64,000 nt of DNA from an uncultured delta proteobacterium (GCA_963812015.1 CAWETI010000003.1:64001-128000), one strand, 5' to 3'. Shown: positions 42,974-52,440, numbered from the stretch's first letter. A program made the numbers and translations. The notes: generated by a model not told the origin, from the sequence alone.

Positions 42974-44914
42974 ATGGCGGCAGAAAAGCACCACTCCGCA
43001 ACCGCTCCGATTGCCAAAGTCGGGGTTTACGTCTGTTATTGCGGCGGCAACATCGGTGACCAGGTGGACGTGGAAAAAGTTTGTGAGCGGGTCCGAACCA
43101 TTCCCGGCGTGGTCGTGGCCCGATCCAACCAGTTCATGTGCTCCGATCCCGGCCAGGAACTGATTATGGAGGACCTCAAAAGCGGTCGGGTGGATCGGGT
43201 GGTGGTGGCGTCCTGCTCCCCCAGCCTGCATGAGGACACCTTCCGCCATACTCTGGCCCGGGCCGGCGCCAATCCCTATGTGTATGAGCATGCCAATCTG
43301 CGGGAACAGGTGAGTTGGGTGCATCACGGCGCGGCAGCCACCGACAAAGCCACCCGACTGGTGGCGGCGGCGGTGGGCAAGGCCAGAATGCTCCAGCCCC
43401 TGGAGCCGATCCGGGTGGAGGCCCGGCGGCACGCCACCGTTATCGGGGGAGGCGTGGCCGGCCTCAGAAATGCTCTGGATCTGGCGGAGCGCGGCATCCC
43501 GGTGGCTCTCCTGGAAAAAACCCCGTTTTTGGGAGGGCAAGCCGCCCAACTGGACCGGCTCGCCCCCTACGGCGCACGCGCCGCCGACCTGGTGAGCGAG
43601 CTTACCGCCGCGGTCCTGGGTCATCCCGACATCAGCGTGTATCATTGCGCCCAGGTGGAGGCTTTCGAGGGCTACATCGGCAATTTCACCCTCAGTGTGG
43701 TCCGCACCCCGCCCACCGCCCCGGCCGAGGCGGAAAGCCTGGCAAAGGTCAGCCTCTCCGGGAAAGGCCCGGGGGAGTTCATCCCCTTTGTGGGGGTGCT
43801 CCCGGCAGCCATTCCCCAAACCACCGAGGAGTTCGCCCTCAACACCGGCGTCATTGTCCTGGCCACCGGCTTCAAGACCTACCGGCCCCGCCGGGGTGAA
43901 TACGGTTTCGGGGACTTTCCGGAAGTGGTCACCCTGCCGGACCTCATCAGACTACTGGCCGAAGATGCCAAGCCCGGCGAGACCCTGGTTATTAACGGCC
44001 GCCCCATCAAACAGGTGGCGATGATCCACTGCGTCGGGAGCCGCCAGATTCCCGGCATCCACGAAGAGAATGAAGGCGGCTACCTGAACGAATATTGCTC
44101 CCGGGTCTGTTGCAGCGCCACGCTCCAGGCCGCCAATCTTATCCGGGAGACCTATCCCCGGACCAGGATATTCGACTTTTACCGGGATATCAGGACGTAT
44201 GGCCGGGGGCAAGAGGAGCTTTATACCCGGGCCGCCCAAAACAAGGTGCTGTTCTTCCGCTTTGAGGCTGATGCGCCTCCCCAGGTCAGGTCCACGGCCC
44301 AGGCCGCCGACCATCCCCTGGTGGTCAGCGTCCAAGACTCCTTGACCTTCGGCGAGGCAGTGGACGTGCCGGTGGATCTGGTGGTGCTGGCGGTGGGGAT
44401 GGAACCCAATGAGATCACCGACCTGGTGGGGCTGATGAAACTGCCGGTGGGGGCGGACCGTTTCCTCCAGGAAGTCCACCCGAAGTTGAGGCCGGTGGAG
44501 ATGTCCGTGGCCGGGATTTTGCTGGCCGGCACCTGTCAGGCCCCCTTTGACATCGGGGAGTCCTGTGCCGCCGCGTCCGGCGCCGCGGTCAAAGCCGCGG
44601 CGATCTTGACCCGGGGTCATGTGGAACTGGACCCCTTTGTGGCGGAAGTTGATCTGGACAGGTGCCGGGGGACCGGCGCTTGTGTTGCGGCCTGCCTGTC
44701 GGAAGGGGCTTTGTCCCTGGCCGAAATTGACGTGGACGGCCAAAAGGTGCAACGGGCCCAGGTCAATCCGGCCCTCTGTCTGGGTTGCGGCGCCTGTGTG
44801 GCGGTCTGTCCCGAAAATGCCATCAATATCAAAGGCTGGACCCTGAAGCAGTACGAGGCCATGGTGGACATGATCGTCTCGGATGCCTATTTCGGCGAAG
44901 CTGAGGCGGGATAA
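42974..44914 (+). CDS. hdrA: HdrA-family flavoprotein (N-terminal Cys domain + C-terminal ferredoxin)
   Basis: VCYCGGNI, FMCS, ASCSP, NLREQ, IGGGVAG, HCVGSR..YCSRVCC, HPKLRPVE, CLGCGACVAVCP. Confidence 0.88.
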   Translation: MAAEKHHSATAPIAKVGVYVCYCGGNIGDQVDVEKVCERVRTIPGVVVARSNQFMCSDPGQELIMEDLKSGRVDRVVVASCSPSLHEDTFRHTLARAGANPYVYEHANLREQVSWVHHGAAATDKATRLVAAAVGKARMLQPLEPIRVEARRHATVIGGGVAGLRNALDLAERGIPVALLEKTPFLGGQAAQLDRLAPYGARAADLVSELTAAVLGHPDISVYHCAQVEAFEGYIGNFTLSVVRTPPTAPAEAESLAKVSLSGKGPGEFIPFVGVLPAAIPQTTEEFALNTGVIVLATGFKTYRPRRGEYGFGDFPEVVTLPDLIRLLAEDAKPGETLVINGRPIKQVAMIHCVGSRQIPGIHEENEGGYLNEYCSRVCCSATLQAANLIRETYPRTRIFDFYRDIRTYGRGQEELYTRAAQNKVLFFRFEADAPPQVRSTAQAADHPLVVSVQDSLTFGEAVDVPVDLVVLAVGMEPNEITDLVGLMKLPVGADRFLQEVHPKLRPVEMSVAGILLAGTCQAPFDIGESCAAASGAAVKAAAILTRGHVELDPFVAEVDLDRCRGTGACVAACLSEGALSLAEIDVDGQKVQRAQVNPALCLGCGACVAVCPENAINIKGWTLKQYEAMVDMIVSDAYFGEAEAG

Positions 44915-44985
44915 GGCCATGGCCCGGGAAAACCGTTCCCGGGTCAAAATTAAGAAACTGACGGACCCCTAACCCTTGAGGTTTG

Positions 44986-45321
44986 ATGATGCGTGACGCC
45001 CCGACTGATCAAGAGGATAGAAAAGCGGCGCTGAAGCAGCTCCGGGAGGCTCGCCGGGAAACCATCGCCGCAGCCACCCGCCGGGTTAAGGAGCAGAAAA
45101 AGGCCATCAGGGCCATCAAAGCCCAGTTATCCGGAGGCGATCTGACGGTGCCCGAACTGGCCGCGGCCACCGGCATGCCGATGTCCGAGGTGATGTGGTT
45201 CGTGGCCTCTCTAAAAAAATATGGAGCAGTCCTGGAGGGTCCCAAGGACGGGAGTTACTTTCGGTATCAGCTGGCCGATAGCGCCTCGGAAGAGGTGGAG
45301 CCGGCCAGCCCCGAATCGTGA
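44986..45321 (+). CDS. Small winged-helix protein within the hdr operon
   Basis: LTVPELAAATGMP...LKKYG.V...YFRY. Confidence 0.7.
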   Translation: MMRDAPTDQEDRKAALKQLREARRETIAAATRRVKEQKKAIRAIKAQLSGGDLTVPELAAATGMPMSEVMWFVASLKKYGAVLEGPKDGSYFRYQLADSASEEVEPASPES

Positions 45322-45369
45322 CCTGGCCCGCCGCCGGCAACCCTGATCCGCCGATACCGAGGAGGCAGC

Positions 45370-45681
45370 ATGGCTTCCGTTGATCCACAATTTGCCGAAG
45401 AACTTGAGTTGTATGGGGTCGATACGGCTCTGGACTGCTTCAACTGCGGCACCTGTGCCGCGATCTGTCCCCTGCAATACGAGCATTTCCCCAGGAAAAT
45501 CATTCGCTACGTTCAACTGGGGGCCCGGGAGAAACTTCTCCAAAATGCCGAGGAACTCTGGCGCTGCCTGCATTGCGGGCTCTGCACCCAGACCTGTCCC
45601 CGGCAAGCCAATCCCGGCGAGCTGCTTTTGGGATTGCGCCGCTTTATGGTGGCCACTTGGAGGAGGACTGAAGATGTATAA
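45370..45681 (+). CDS. HdrC-like 2x[4Fe-4S] protein
   Basis: CFNCGTCAAICP and WRCLHCGLCTQTCPRQ; GGAGG RBS. Confidence 0.85.
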   Translation: MASVDPQFAEELELYGVDTALDCFNCGTCAAICPLQYEHFPRKIIRYVQLGAREKLLQNAEELWRCLHCGLCTQTCPRQANPGELLLGLRRFMVATWRRTEDV

Positions 45682-46615
45682 CCCCCGGCACATCATCGAC
45701 CTGATTGCCATCAACGTCCGGAAAACCGGCAATCCTTTCGGGGTCCCGGCCGCCATGATTAACCAATGGTGGAAAGGCGTGCCCCAGGGGACCCGGCGGG
45801 AGGGCGACGCCCTGCTGTTTACCGGGCTGATGTACCAATCCATCCCTTATATTGAAAACACCACCCGCTATCTGGAGCGCTTTGAAGGGACGCCCTGGGC
45901 CGGTTATCTGAAATTCAGCAAGTATACCCGTTATGTGCCCAATTGGCTGGTGGGCTGGGCCTTTGTCTGCCTGACCTCCAGGGCCGAGCGCCGGAAATAT
46001 AACGGCATCGTGCAGGGTATTTACCGAATTTTGAAAAAGGCCCAGGTGGATTTCTTCTATCGGCCGGAACTCGATGGTTACAGCGGCATATTGCTCTACG
46101 ACCTGGGGGATCATCAGGGCTTTATCCGGCATGCCCGGGCAATGGCCAAGAACTTGAAGCTCCATGGGGTCAAGAAGATCATCACGGTGGACCCCCACAC
46201 CACCTATGCCTTGAAGGTGCTCTATCCCAAGTATGCGGGGGCAAGCTTTGAAGTGCAGACCTACTTTGAGTTAATTGACTTCAAGGCCGGCAACGGCCAT
46301 CCCCCCGTGGCGGTCCATGACCCGTGTTTCTACGGCCGCTATCTCGATTTGTCCGAAGTGCCCCTCAAGGTGCTCCATAACCTGGGGGTGGGCTGTGTGG
46401 AAGTTCGCCGGAGCGGCAATTTTACCCATTGCTGCGGCGGTCCGGCCGAGTCGGTGTCGCCGGCCCTCACCCGGGAGATCCTTGGGCACCGGGTCGAAGA
46501 ACTCAAGGCGACTGGGGCGCCCGTGGTGACTATGTGCCCTATTTGCCTGGCCAATCTCACCAAAGCCGGGGTCGAGGTGGAAGATCTTTCCAGTCTGATC
46601 GCCCGCTGCGCCTAA
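45674..46615 (+). CDS. CCG-domain (HdrB/HdrD-like) Fe-S protein
   Basis: GNPFG, TVDPHT, HDPC, HCCGG, MCPIC; AGGAGG RBS, overlaps the hdrC stop. Confidence 0.82.
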   Translation: MYNPRHIIDLIAINVRKTGNPFGVPAAMINQWWKGVPQGTRREGDALLFTGLMYQSIPYIENTTRYLERFEGTPWAGYLKFSKYTRYVPNWLVGWAFVCLTSRAERRKYNGIVQGIYRILKKAQVDFFYRPELDGYSGILLYDLGDHQGFIRHARAMAKNLKLHGVKKIITVDPHTTYALKVLYPKYAGASFEVQTYFELIDFKAGNGHPPVAVHDPCFYGRYLDLSEVPLKVLHNLGVGCVEVRRSGNFTHCCGGPAESVSPALTREILGHRVEELKATGAPVVTMCPICLANLTKAGVEVEDLSSLIARCA

Positions 46616-46722
46616 GCAGGTAAGTTATAAGGGGCCTCAACCGGCGAGAGCCCCCGGCTCCCTGAGGTTGCAGGCTTGATAGCTAAAGGCGCCACATCAT
46701 TTACCCTAAAAAGGAGAACAAC

Positions 46723-47091
46723 ATGGCAGACACGGAAAAAATCGTTTTGATTCTGACCCACGGCCCCGAAGACCCGGACCGGGCCACCATCCCCTTTGCT
46801 ATGGCCAATGCGGCCCTGGCTATGGAGGTGGAAGTAGTGGTAGCCCTGCAAGGCTCCGCAGTGCTGCTGGCCCAAAAGGGGAGCGCGGAACACATTTTTG
46901 CCCCCAATTTCCCGCCCCTGAAAGAATTGATCGAGAGTTTTTTCTCTCAAGGCGGCCAACTTTTAGTCTGCGTTCCCTGCCTCAAGGCCCGTAAGCTCGA
47001 GGAGTCGGACCTTATTGCGGGAGCCCAGGCCACCGCCGCGGGCCGGCTGATTAAAGAGATCTTGGAAGCCAAATCGACCCTGAACTACTAA
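46723..47091 (+). CDS. DsrE-family sulfur carrier/peroxiredoxin-like protein
   Basis: THGPEDPDRATIPF, LQGSAV, LVCVPCLKAR. Confidence 0.85.
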   Translation: MADTEKIVLILTHGPEDPDRATIPFAMANAALAMEVEVVVALQGSAVLLAQKGSAEHIFAPNFPPLKELIESFFSQGGQLLVCVPCLKARKLEESDLIAGAQATAAGRLIKEILEAKSTLNY

Positions 47092-47122
47092 TGCCAGGTC
47101 GCCAACCAAAGACGATTTGCTT

Positions 47123-47182
47123 GTCGGGGCGGACCCATGGGTCCGCCCTGGATTGAGGGCGCACAGGCGGGTGCGCCCCTAC
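47123..47182. repeat. REP doublet
   Basis: GGGGCGGACCCatGGGTCCGCCC + GGGCGCACaggcgGGTGCGCCCCTAC. Confidence 0.6.
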
Positions 47183-47251
47183 AATTCCACATTTTTCGAT
47201 TGCGACTTGGGATAAGAGGCGGCCAGGACGTAATCCGCTGGATCGCACCAG

Positions 47252-47384
47252 AGAAGCTATTTTAAAACCGGGGTATTGTGTCACCCTGAGCGCTCACGAA
47301 TGGCCTAGGTTATTGGAAAGAATAGATTCTTCGCTTCGCTCAGAATGACAAACTGGCGCAAAAAGATGTTTTGAAATAGGTTCT
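47252..47384. mobile_element. MITE-like element enclosing a TGTCA..CTGAGCG/CGCTCAG..TGACA palindrome
   Basis: Terminal inverted repeats AGAAGCTATTTTAAAAC / GTTTTGAAATAGGTTCT (15/17); inner element 47279-47350; a partial related sequence lies near 49011-49034. Confidence 0.55.
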
Positions 47385-47437
47385 AAACTTCTCGCTGGCA
47401 GGGACGGCGGCGCCCACAAGAAAGGGCTCGGTCCCCA

Positions 47438-48832
47438 TCAAACGGCGATTAACTTCTTCACGTCGATGCCGTATTTTTTCATGCGGTGCCACACGGTGAT
47501 CCGACTCACCCCGAGGAGGACCGCGGCCCTGGATTGATTGCCGCCGGTCTGGCGGAGAGCCGCGACCAGGGCCGTCTTTTCATCCGTTCCGGCGCTCCCC
47601 CGGCCCTCCTCCGGGATCTTTTGGAAGGATGCCGGGACGTTTACCGTGGGCGGGAGGTGTTCGGGATGGATGAGGCCTTTTTCCGCCAGGACGAAAGCAT
47701 ATTCCAGGACCCCTTTCAGTTCCCGGACATTGCCCGGCCAGGGGTGGTCCATGATGAGCCGCATGGCGCCGGGGGTTAAACCGGTTATGGGCTTGCCGCT
47801 CTTCTCCCGGAGCCGTCGGATAAAATGATTCACCAGCAGCGGCACGTCCTCCATGCGGTCCCGCAAGGGGGGCAGATGGATGGGGATGGCATTGATGCGG
47901 AAAAACAAGTCCTCCCGGAACTTCCCCCGGGACACCAGCGACTCCAGGTCTTGGTTGGTGGCCGAGATGATGCGCACATCCACCCTGATGGACCGCACAT
48001 CTCCCACCCGCTCGAACTGTTTGGTTTCCAAAACCCTGAGCAGTTTGACCTGGGTGGACAGGGGAATATCGCCGATTTCATCCAGAAAGATATCCCCGCG
48101 GTTCGCCGCCTCAAATCTTCCCTGGCGATGGCTGTAGGCCCCGGTAAAGGCCCCCTTGACGTGGCCGAAAAGCTCGCTCTCCAACAAGGCTTCATTCAGA
48201 GCCGCACAATTGAACTGGATGAAAGGTCCATCCCGCCGCTTGCCCAATTCATGGATGGCCAAAGCCACCAATTCTTTCCCGGTGCCGCTTTCGCCATAGA
48301 TGATTATGGGAGCGTCACTCTGGGCGGCTTTTTCGGTTAGTTCAAAAACTCGCCGCATAACGGCGGATTTTCCCACGATGCCATAAAATTCGTCCTCGTC
48401 CTCCAACAGCCGGGAGAGCTGCTGGATTTTCTGGTCCCGCTTGGTAATTTCCGAGATATCCGTGAGGGTTTCCACCGCCCCTAACACCTCGCCGGCCGCG
48501 TTCCGTAAAATGGAGGCGTTTTTCAAGACGTGCACATACGAGCCATCTTTGCGGATTAGCAGGCAAGGTTTCCGGGTGGCGGAACCCAAATCGAACAGGT
48601 CGCACCAGTGTCCCTTCCCCTCGGCCCGGGCGATTTCACAGGCATCGCAATGAATAAAACCGCAGGAGGCGCCGATGAGTTCGTCCCGGCTGTAGCCGAT
48701 CATTTCCTCGAAAGCCCGGTTGACCATCATGATGGTGCCGTCCGGGGCCACCACCACCAGACCATCATTCATGGTATTGATGATCTCTCGGCAATACCGA
48801 TACATCCCTTGTTCATCACATCCCTGGTTCAT
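47438..48832 (-). CDS. Sigma54-dependent activator (PAS-AAA+-Fis HTH)
   Basis: PAS, GESGTGKE, ESELFGHVKGAFTGA, FLDEIG, WPGNVREL, GNQSRAA. Confidence 0.93.
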   Translation of the reverse strand: MNQGCDEQGMYRYCREIINTMNDGLVVVAPDGTIMMVNRAFEEMIGYSRDELIGASCGFIHCDACEIARAEGKGHWCDLFDLGSATRKPCLLIRKDGSYVHVLKNASILRNAAGEVLGAVETLTDISEITKRDQKIQQLSRLLEDEDEFYGIVGKSAVMRRVFELTEKAAQSDAPIIIYGESGTGKELVALAIHELGKRRDGPFIQFNCAALNEALLESELFGHVKGAFTGAYSHRQGRFEAANRGDIFLDEIGDIPLSTQVKLLRVLETKQFERVGDVRSIRVDVRIISATNQDLESLVSRGKFREDLFFRINAIPIHLPPLRDRMEDVPLLVNHFIRRLREKSGKPITGLTPGAMRLIMDHPWPGNVRELKGVLEYAFVLAEKGLIHPEHLPPTVNVPASFQKIPEEGRGSAGTDEKTALVAALRQTGGNQSRAAVLLGVSRITVWHRMKKYGIDVKKLIAV

Positions 48833-49301
48833 CCTGGCCTACCCCGGTGACTGTTTTAATAACTGTTTTAACATAAATCATAAGCCACCCCAGGCCCGAT
48901 TGCCAGCGAATATTCCCTCTTGGAGGGGAATATCAGGGGAAGTTACCCTACCACTTGCTCAATGAAAACTGCTTAGGAGGCCCAGGATCGCAACTCATTG
49001 AACATACAAGGTGCTTCGTTTTGCTCAGGATGACATTTTAGGGGCAATTGAGGTTTTGAGAGTGCGGCTGGGAAAAATTAGACGGGAAAATGTCCCGACT
49101 CTCGGACTGCATCACCGGAGCGGGAGAAAATTAAAGGGCGGAGTGATATACTCCGCCCATACCCTGCTTACCGAAAGCAAAATACCTCGGTCCCCGAACC
49201 TGGGGTCCCCATCTCTCCGGTCCAACCGCCCTTTTATAAAAGTTATAAAAGGGGGAATTTAAAACCCCGCCGAAAATATCGCTCAGTTACGCCACCACGT
49301 A

Positions 49302-50534
49302 CTAAGCCAACATCTCCGCGGCCTGGCGCATGAGCGCGGCGATGGCCAGCTTTTGGGGGCAGGCCCGCTCAGCCTGGGAGTAGTCCACCTCGGCCAACCG
49401 CTGCCGAATCGCCTCGGGCAGTCCGGCGAAGGTCAGTTTGGCCAGCTCCGGCTCGCCATAGTACCGATGGTACATGAGGCAGCGCATGACCTCGTTCACG
49501 GGCACGGCCCCGCCCACGGCCTCCTGGCAAAGGTTGCCGCAGCCGGCGCAGTAGTCGGCCTGGGTCTCCAGGGCATACTGGCGCAGGGATTCGAACTCTT
49601 CCCGGGCCAGTTTGGCCTGGTCCCGGGCCGCAGCCACGTTGGCCATGAGGATGGTCAAGTTGGGCATCTGGGAGCAGAGGCTGGCGATTTGGGGGTTTTC
49701 CCAGACCACCTTGAGCTTGGCCTGCTTGTCCGTGAAGCCCCGTTTCAGGAAGCGCTCGGCCATCTCCAGCTTGGCCTCGCTGGCGATCTTGGGCGCGCCC
49801 GGCCCGCCGGCCTGGCTCTTCATGGCCACCAACCCAACCCCGGCCTTCTCGCAAGCGTTCATAGCTTCTTTCAACTTGGGGTCCTGCATGACCCGGAAGT
49901 TGTAGCTGAACATCACTGCGTCGATCCAGCCCAGCTTGGCCGCGCCTGAGAGGCAATCCGCCATGTTGGTGTGGGTGCTGAAGCCGAAGAATTTGAACTT
50001 GCCCGCCTTCTTCATCTCCGCGCCCCAATCCTTGATGGCCGGGGTCATTTGGTCGATGCCGGTGAGGCTGTGGATGAAGAACAGGTCCACGTGGTCCGTC
50101 TGCAGCCTTTTCAGACACTTATCCAGGCGTTCGGTGAGGTTGCCGCCCTTGGCCTGGAGCTTGGTGACCAGGAAGATTTCCTTGCGGGCTTCGGGGTTGC
50201 GGGCGAAGAAGCGGCCATAGCCATCTTCGCTCAGGCCGTTGCCGTAAGACTCGGCCATGTCCCAGTAGGTGACCCCCCATTTCATCGCCTGCTTGAGGAG
50301 CAGTTGGTTGTTGATGGTGTCGAACATGCCCCCCAGGCAGAGGCTGGACACCTCCACCCCGGTCTTGCCCAGCTTCCGTTTGGGCGTGGTCCCGGCCGGG
50401 GCGGGGCCGGCCGGCTGCTCCGGCGCGGCGATGGCCCCGGTGGCGCCGGCCCCCGCCACCGCGAGGCTGGCCAGTCCGACGGTCTTGACGAAATCCCTGC
50501 GGGTAACGCCTGTATCGTTGCTCTTCCGGCTCAT
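49302..50534 (-). CDS. Aldo/keto reductase-family protein with Tat signal and C-terminal Fe-S motif
   Basis: TRRDFVK; RKLGKTGVEVS.LCLG, WDMAESY, LVTK, DLFFIH, GFSTH, AMK; CAGCGNLC...C...CP. Confidence 0.85.
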   Translation of the reverse strand: MSRKSNDTGVTRRDFVKTVGLASLAVAGAGATGAIAAPEQPAGPAPAGTTPKRKLGKTGVEVSSLCLGGMFDTINNQLLLKQAMKWGVTYWDMAESYGNGLSEDGYGRFFARNPEARKEIFLVTKLQAKGGNLTERLDKCLKRLQTDHVDLFFIHSLTGIDQMTPAIKDWGAEMKKAGKFKFFGFSTHTNMADCLSGAAKLGWIDAVMFSYNFRVMQDPKLKEAMNACEKAGVGLVAMKSQAGGPGAPKIASEAKLEMAERFLKRGFTDKQAKLKVVWENPQIASLCSQMPNLTILMANVAAARDQAKLAREEFESLRQYALETQADYCAGCGNLCQEAVGGAVPVNEVMRCLMYHRYYGEPELAKLTFAGLPEAIRQRLAEVDYSQAERACPQKLAIAALMRQAAEMLA

Positions 50535-50689
50535 GGTAGTTACCTCATAGTCTGATGATTAATGGATGGTTTAATACAAATTGAACGCGTTTATAAGTCC
50601 TAATTTCTTCAAGATGGATTGAGGGGAATTATGAAGGCTCAGGTGATCCTCCCGAATAGCCCCCCACACCCAGGGCCCGCTTCACTGCT

Positions 50690-52423
50690 CTAAATGAGCA
50701 TGCGCCCCGGACCTGAACGGGATTCGTTTTCACTGTATACCCGAATGGCCCGCAGGCCCGATACCGGGCATTCATGCTCGCACATGCCGCAGCCGATGCA
50801 CCTGGCAGGGTCCATGAAAGGACGCTGCAATCTCACCACAATATCCACCCGTACTCCGGCTGCCGGGGGGCTGTCTCCGGCCAGGGGGCGCTCTATGGTC
50901 AGCCGGGTTCCCGCCAAGCCGGTAATGCGCCTAAGCGCGGCCTCGGGCTGCCCGGTGGCCCGCAGGTAGTAGTCGCCGCTGGCCAGGTTCACCGCGGTGG
51001 GGATAGCCGCATCCAGGATCACCCCTGGTCCCTGAACCTTGGCCGGTACGGCCTGGCCGTCCCGGATGGTTTCAAATGTCGTCCGGGTGAAGATGGCCTT
51101 GGGGCTCACGGGGCACAATTCATGACAGACCAGACAGGGCCGGTCCATGGCCCAGGGCAGGCAGCGGGTGCGGTCCACGAAGGCGGTGCCCATGCGGATC
51201 GGCCCCTGGGCGGCGAACTCGCCGGCGCCTTGCTTTTCCTCGAGGCTTAAGGGGCGGATGGCCGCGGTGGGGCAGACCTGGCCGCAGGCGATGCAGTTGG
51301 GCTGGCAGCCGCTGCGGCCGATGCGGTAGTTGACCGCCGGGGTCCACAAGCCCTGCACCCCGGCTTCGAGCACGGCGGGTTGGATGATGTTGCCGGGGCA
51401 GATACGCATGCATTGGCCGCAACGGATGCAGCGGGCCAGGAAACGCTCCTCATCCAGGGCCCCGGGTGGACGGATGAGGTTGGGGTTACGGTTGGTCCCG
51501 GCCAGTCCGCCGACTTCCCACATGGATACCAGGAGCAGCCCCGACCCGGCCACGATAAACCCGCGCCTGGACAAGTCCGGCAACCCCACCTCACCGGCCG
51601 CCGAGGGTTTGTCGGCAAAGGTGATCCGGCCGGCGGGGCAACGGTGCAGGCAGTTCATGCACAGCACGCACTCGCCGCCAATGATGGTTCCCGAGGGACG
51701 GCAGGCGCCTTCGCAGTATTCCTCACAGATGCGGCAATCGCCGCAGCGATCCGAAGTCTTGCCGATGCGCCAGGGGGTGAAACGGCTCAAGAGGCCGAAG
51801 AGGGCTCCCAGCGGGCAGATGAACCGGCAGAAGAACCGGGGCAAGACCAGGTTCAAGCCCACCACTCCCAGGAACACGACCCCGAACAGCCAGGTCGAGG
51901 CGTAAAAGCGCGGCGCGTCGCTGAGTAGGCCCAGGCGGTTATCGGCCAAGGGGGCCAGGGCCAGGTTGACGCTGCGGTGCAGCAGGGGCAGCGGGTCAAA
52001 AATCCCAGTCTGCACCGACCCCATGAGAGCCAGGGCCAGCAGAAAGGCCAGGAGATAGTATTTTAAGGCCTGGGCCCGGCGGTGGCGATTGGCCTCCACC
52101 CTGCCACCCATGCCTTGACCCCGCCGCCCCAGCCAACCGGTGAATTGGTTGATCGTGCCCAGGGGGCAGGCGAAGCCGCAGAAAAACCGGCCTAGGAACA
52201 GGGTCAGCCCGATGGTGACCAGGGCCCAGGCCAGGGGTGCAGAGAAGGTGTGGGTGGACAAAACCGTGCTGATCGCGGTGAGGGGGTCCAGTTCCAAAAT
52301 CCAGTTGATGGGCCAACCGCGCAACTGCCACCAAGCCGCCCCGAGGGTGGCCGTGATGCAAAACCACAGGAAAACCGCCAGGAAGAAGATTTGGCTGATG
52401 CGACGGACGGTGACGATGCGCAT
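50690..52423 (-). CDS. Membrane polyferredoxin, NapH/MauN + NapG/MauM-like fusion
   Basis: GRFFCGFACPLG, RFFCRFICPLG, internal SRRGF, RPPGA...CIRCGQCMRICP, further CxxCxxCxxxCP motifs. Confidence 0.85.
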   Translation of the reverse strand: MRIVTVRRISQIFFLAVFLWFCITATLGAAWWQLRGWPINWILELDPLTAISTVLSTHTFSAPLAWALVTIGLTLFLGRFFCGFACPLGTINQFTGWLGRRGQGMGGRVEANRHRRAQALKYYLLAFLLALALMGSVQTGIFDPLPLLHRSVNLALAPLADNRLGLLSDAPRFYASTWLFGVVFLGVVGLNLVLPRFFCRFICPLGALFGLLSRFTPWRIGKTSDRCGDCRICEEYCEGACRPSGTIIGGECVLCMNCLHRCPAGRITFADKPSAAGEVGLPDLSRRGFIVAGSGLLLVSMWEVGGLAGTNRNPNLIRPPGALDEERFLARCIRCGQCMRICPGNIIQPAVLEAGVQGLWTPAVNYRIGRSGCQPNCIACGQVCPTAAIRPLSLEEKQGAGEFAAQGPIRMGTAFVDRTRCLPWAMDRPCLVCHELCPVSPKAIFTRTTFETIRDGQAVPAKVQGPGVILDAAIPTAVNLASGDYYLRATGQPEAALRRITGLAGTRLTIERPLAGDSPPAAGVRVDIVVRLQRPFMDPARCIGCGMCEHECPVSGLRAIRVYSENESRSGPGRMLI

Positions 52424-52440
52424 GGTGTGTTGTCCGAGAA

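Noticed and set aside
41151..44914. Selenocysteine in MvhD/HdrA
   Set aside because: The ORFs are uninterrupted and the relevant positions are TGC/TGT codons; no in-frame TGA.
45380..45673. N-terminal extension of the CCG protein
   Set aside because: It overlaps the hdrC-like gene in another frame; the true start at 45674 has an AGGAGG RBS.
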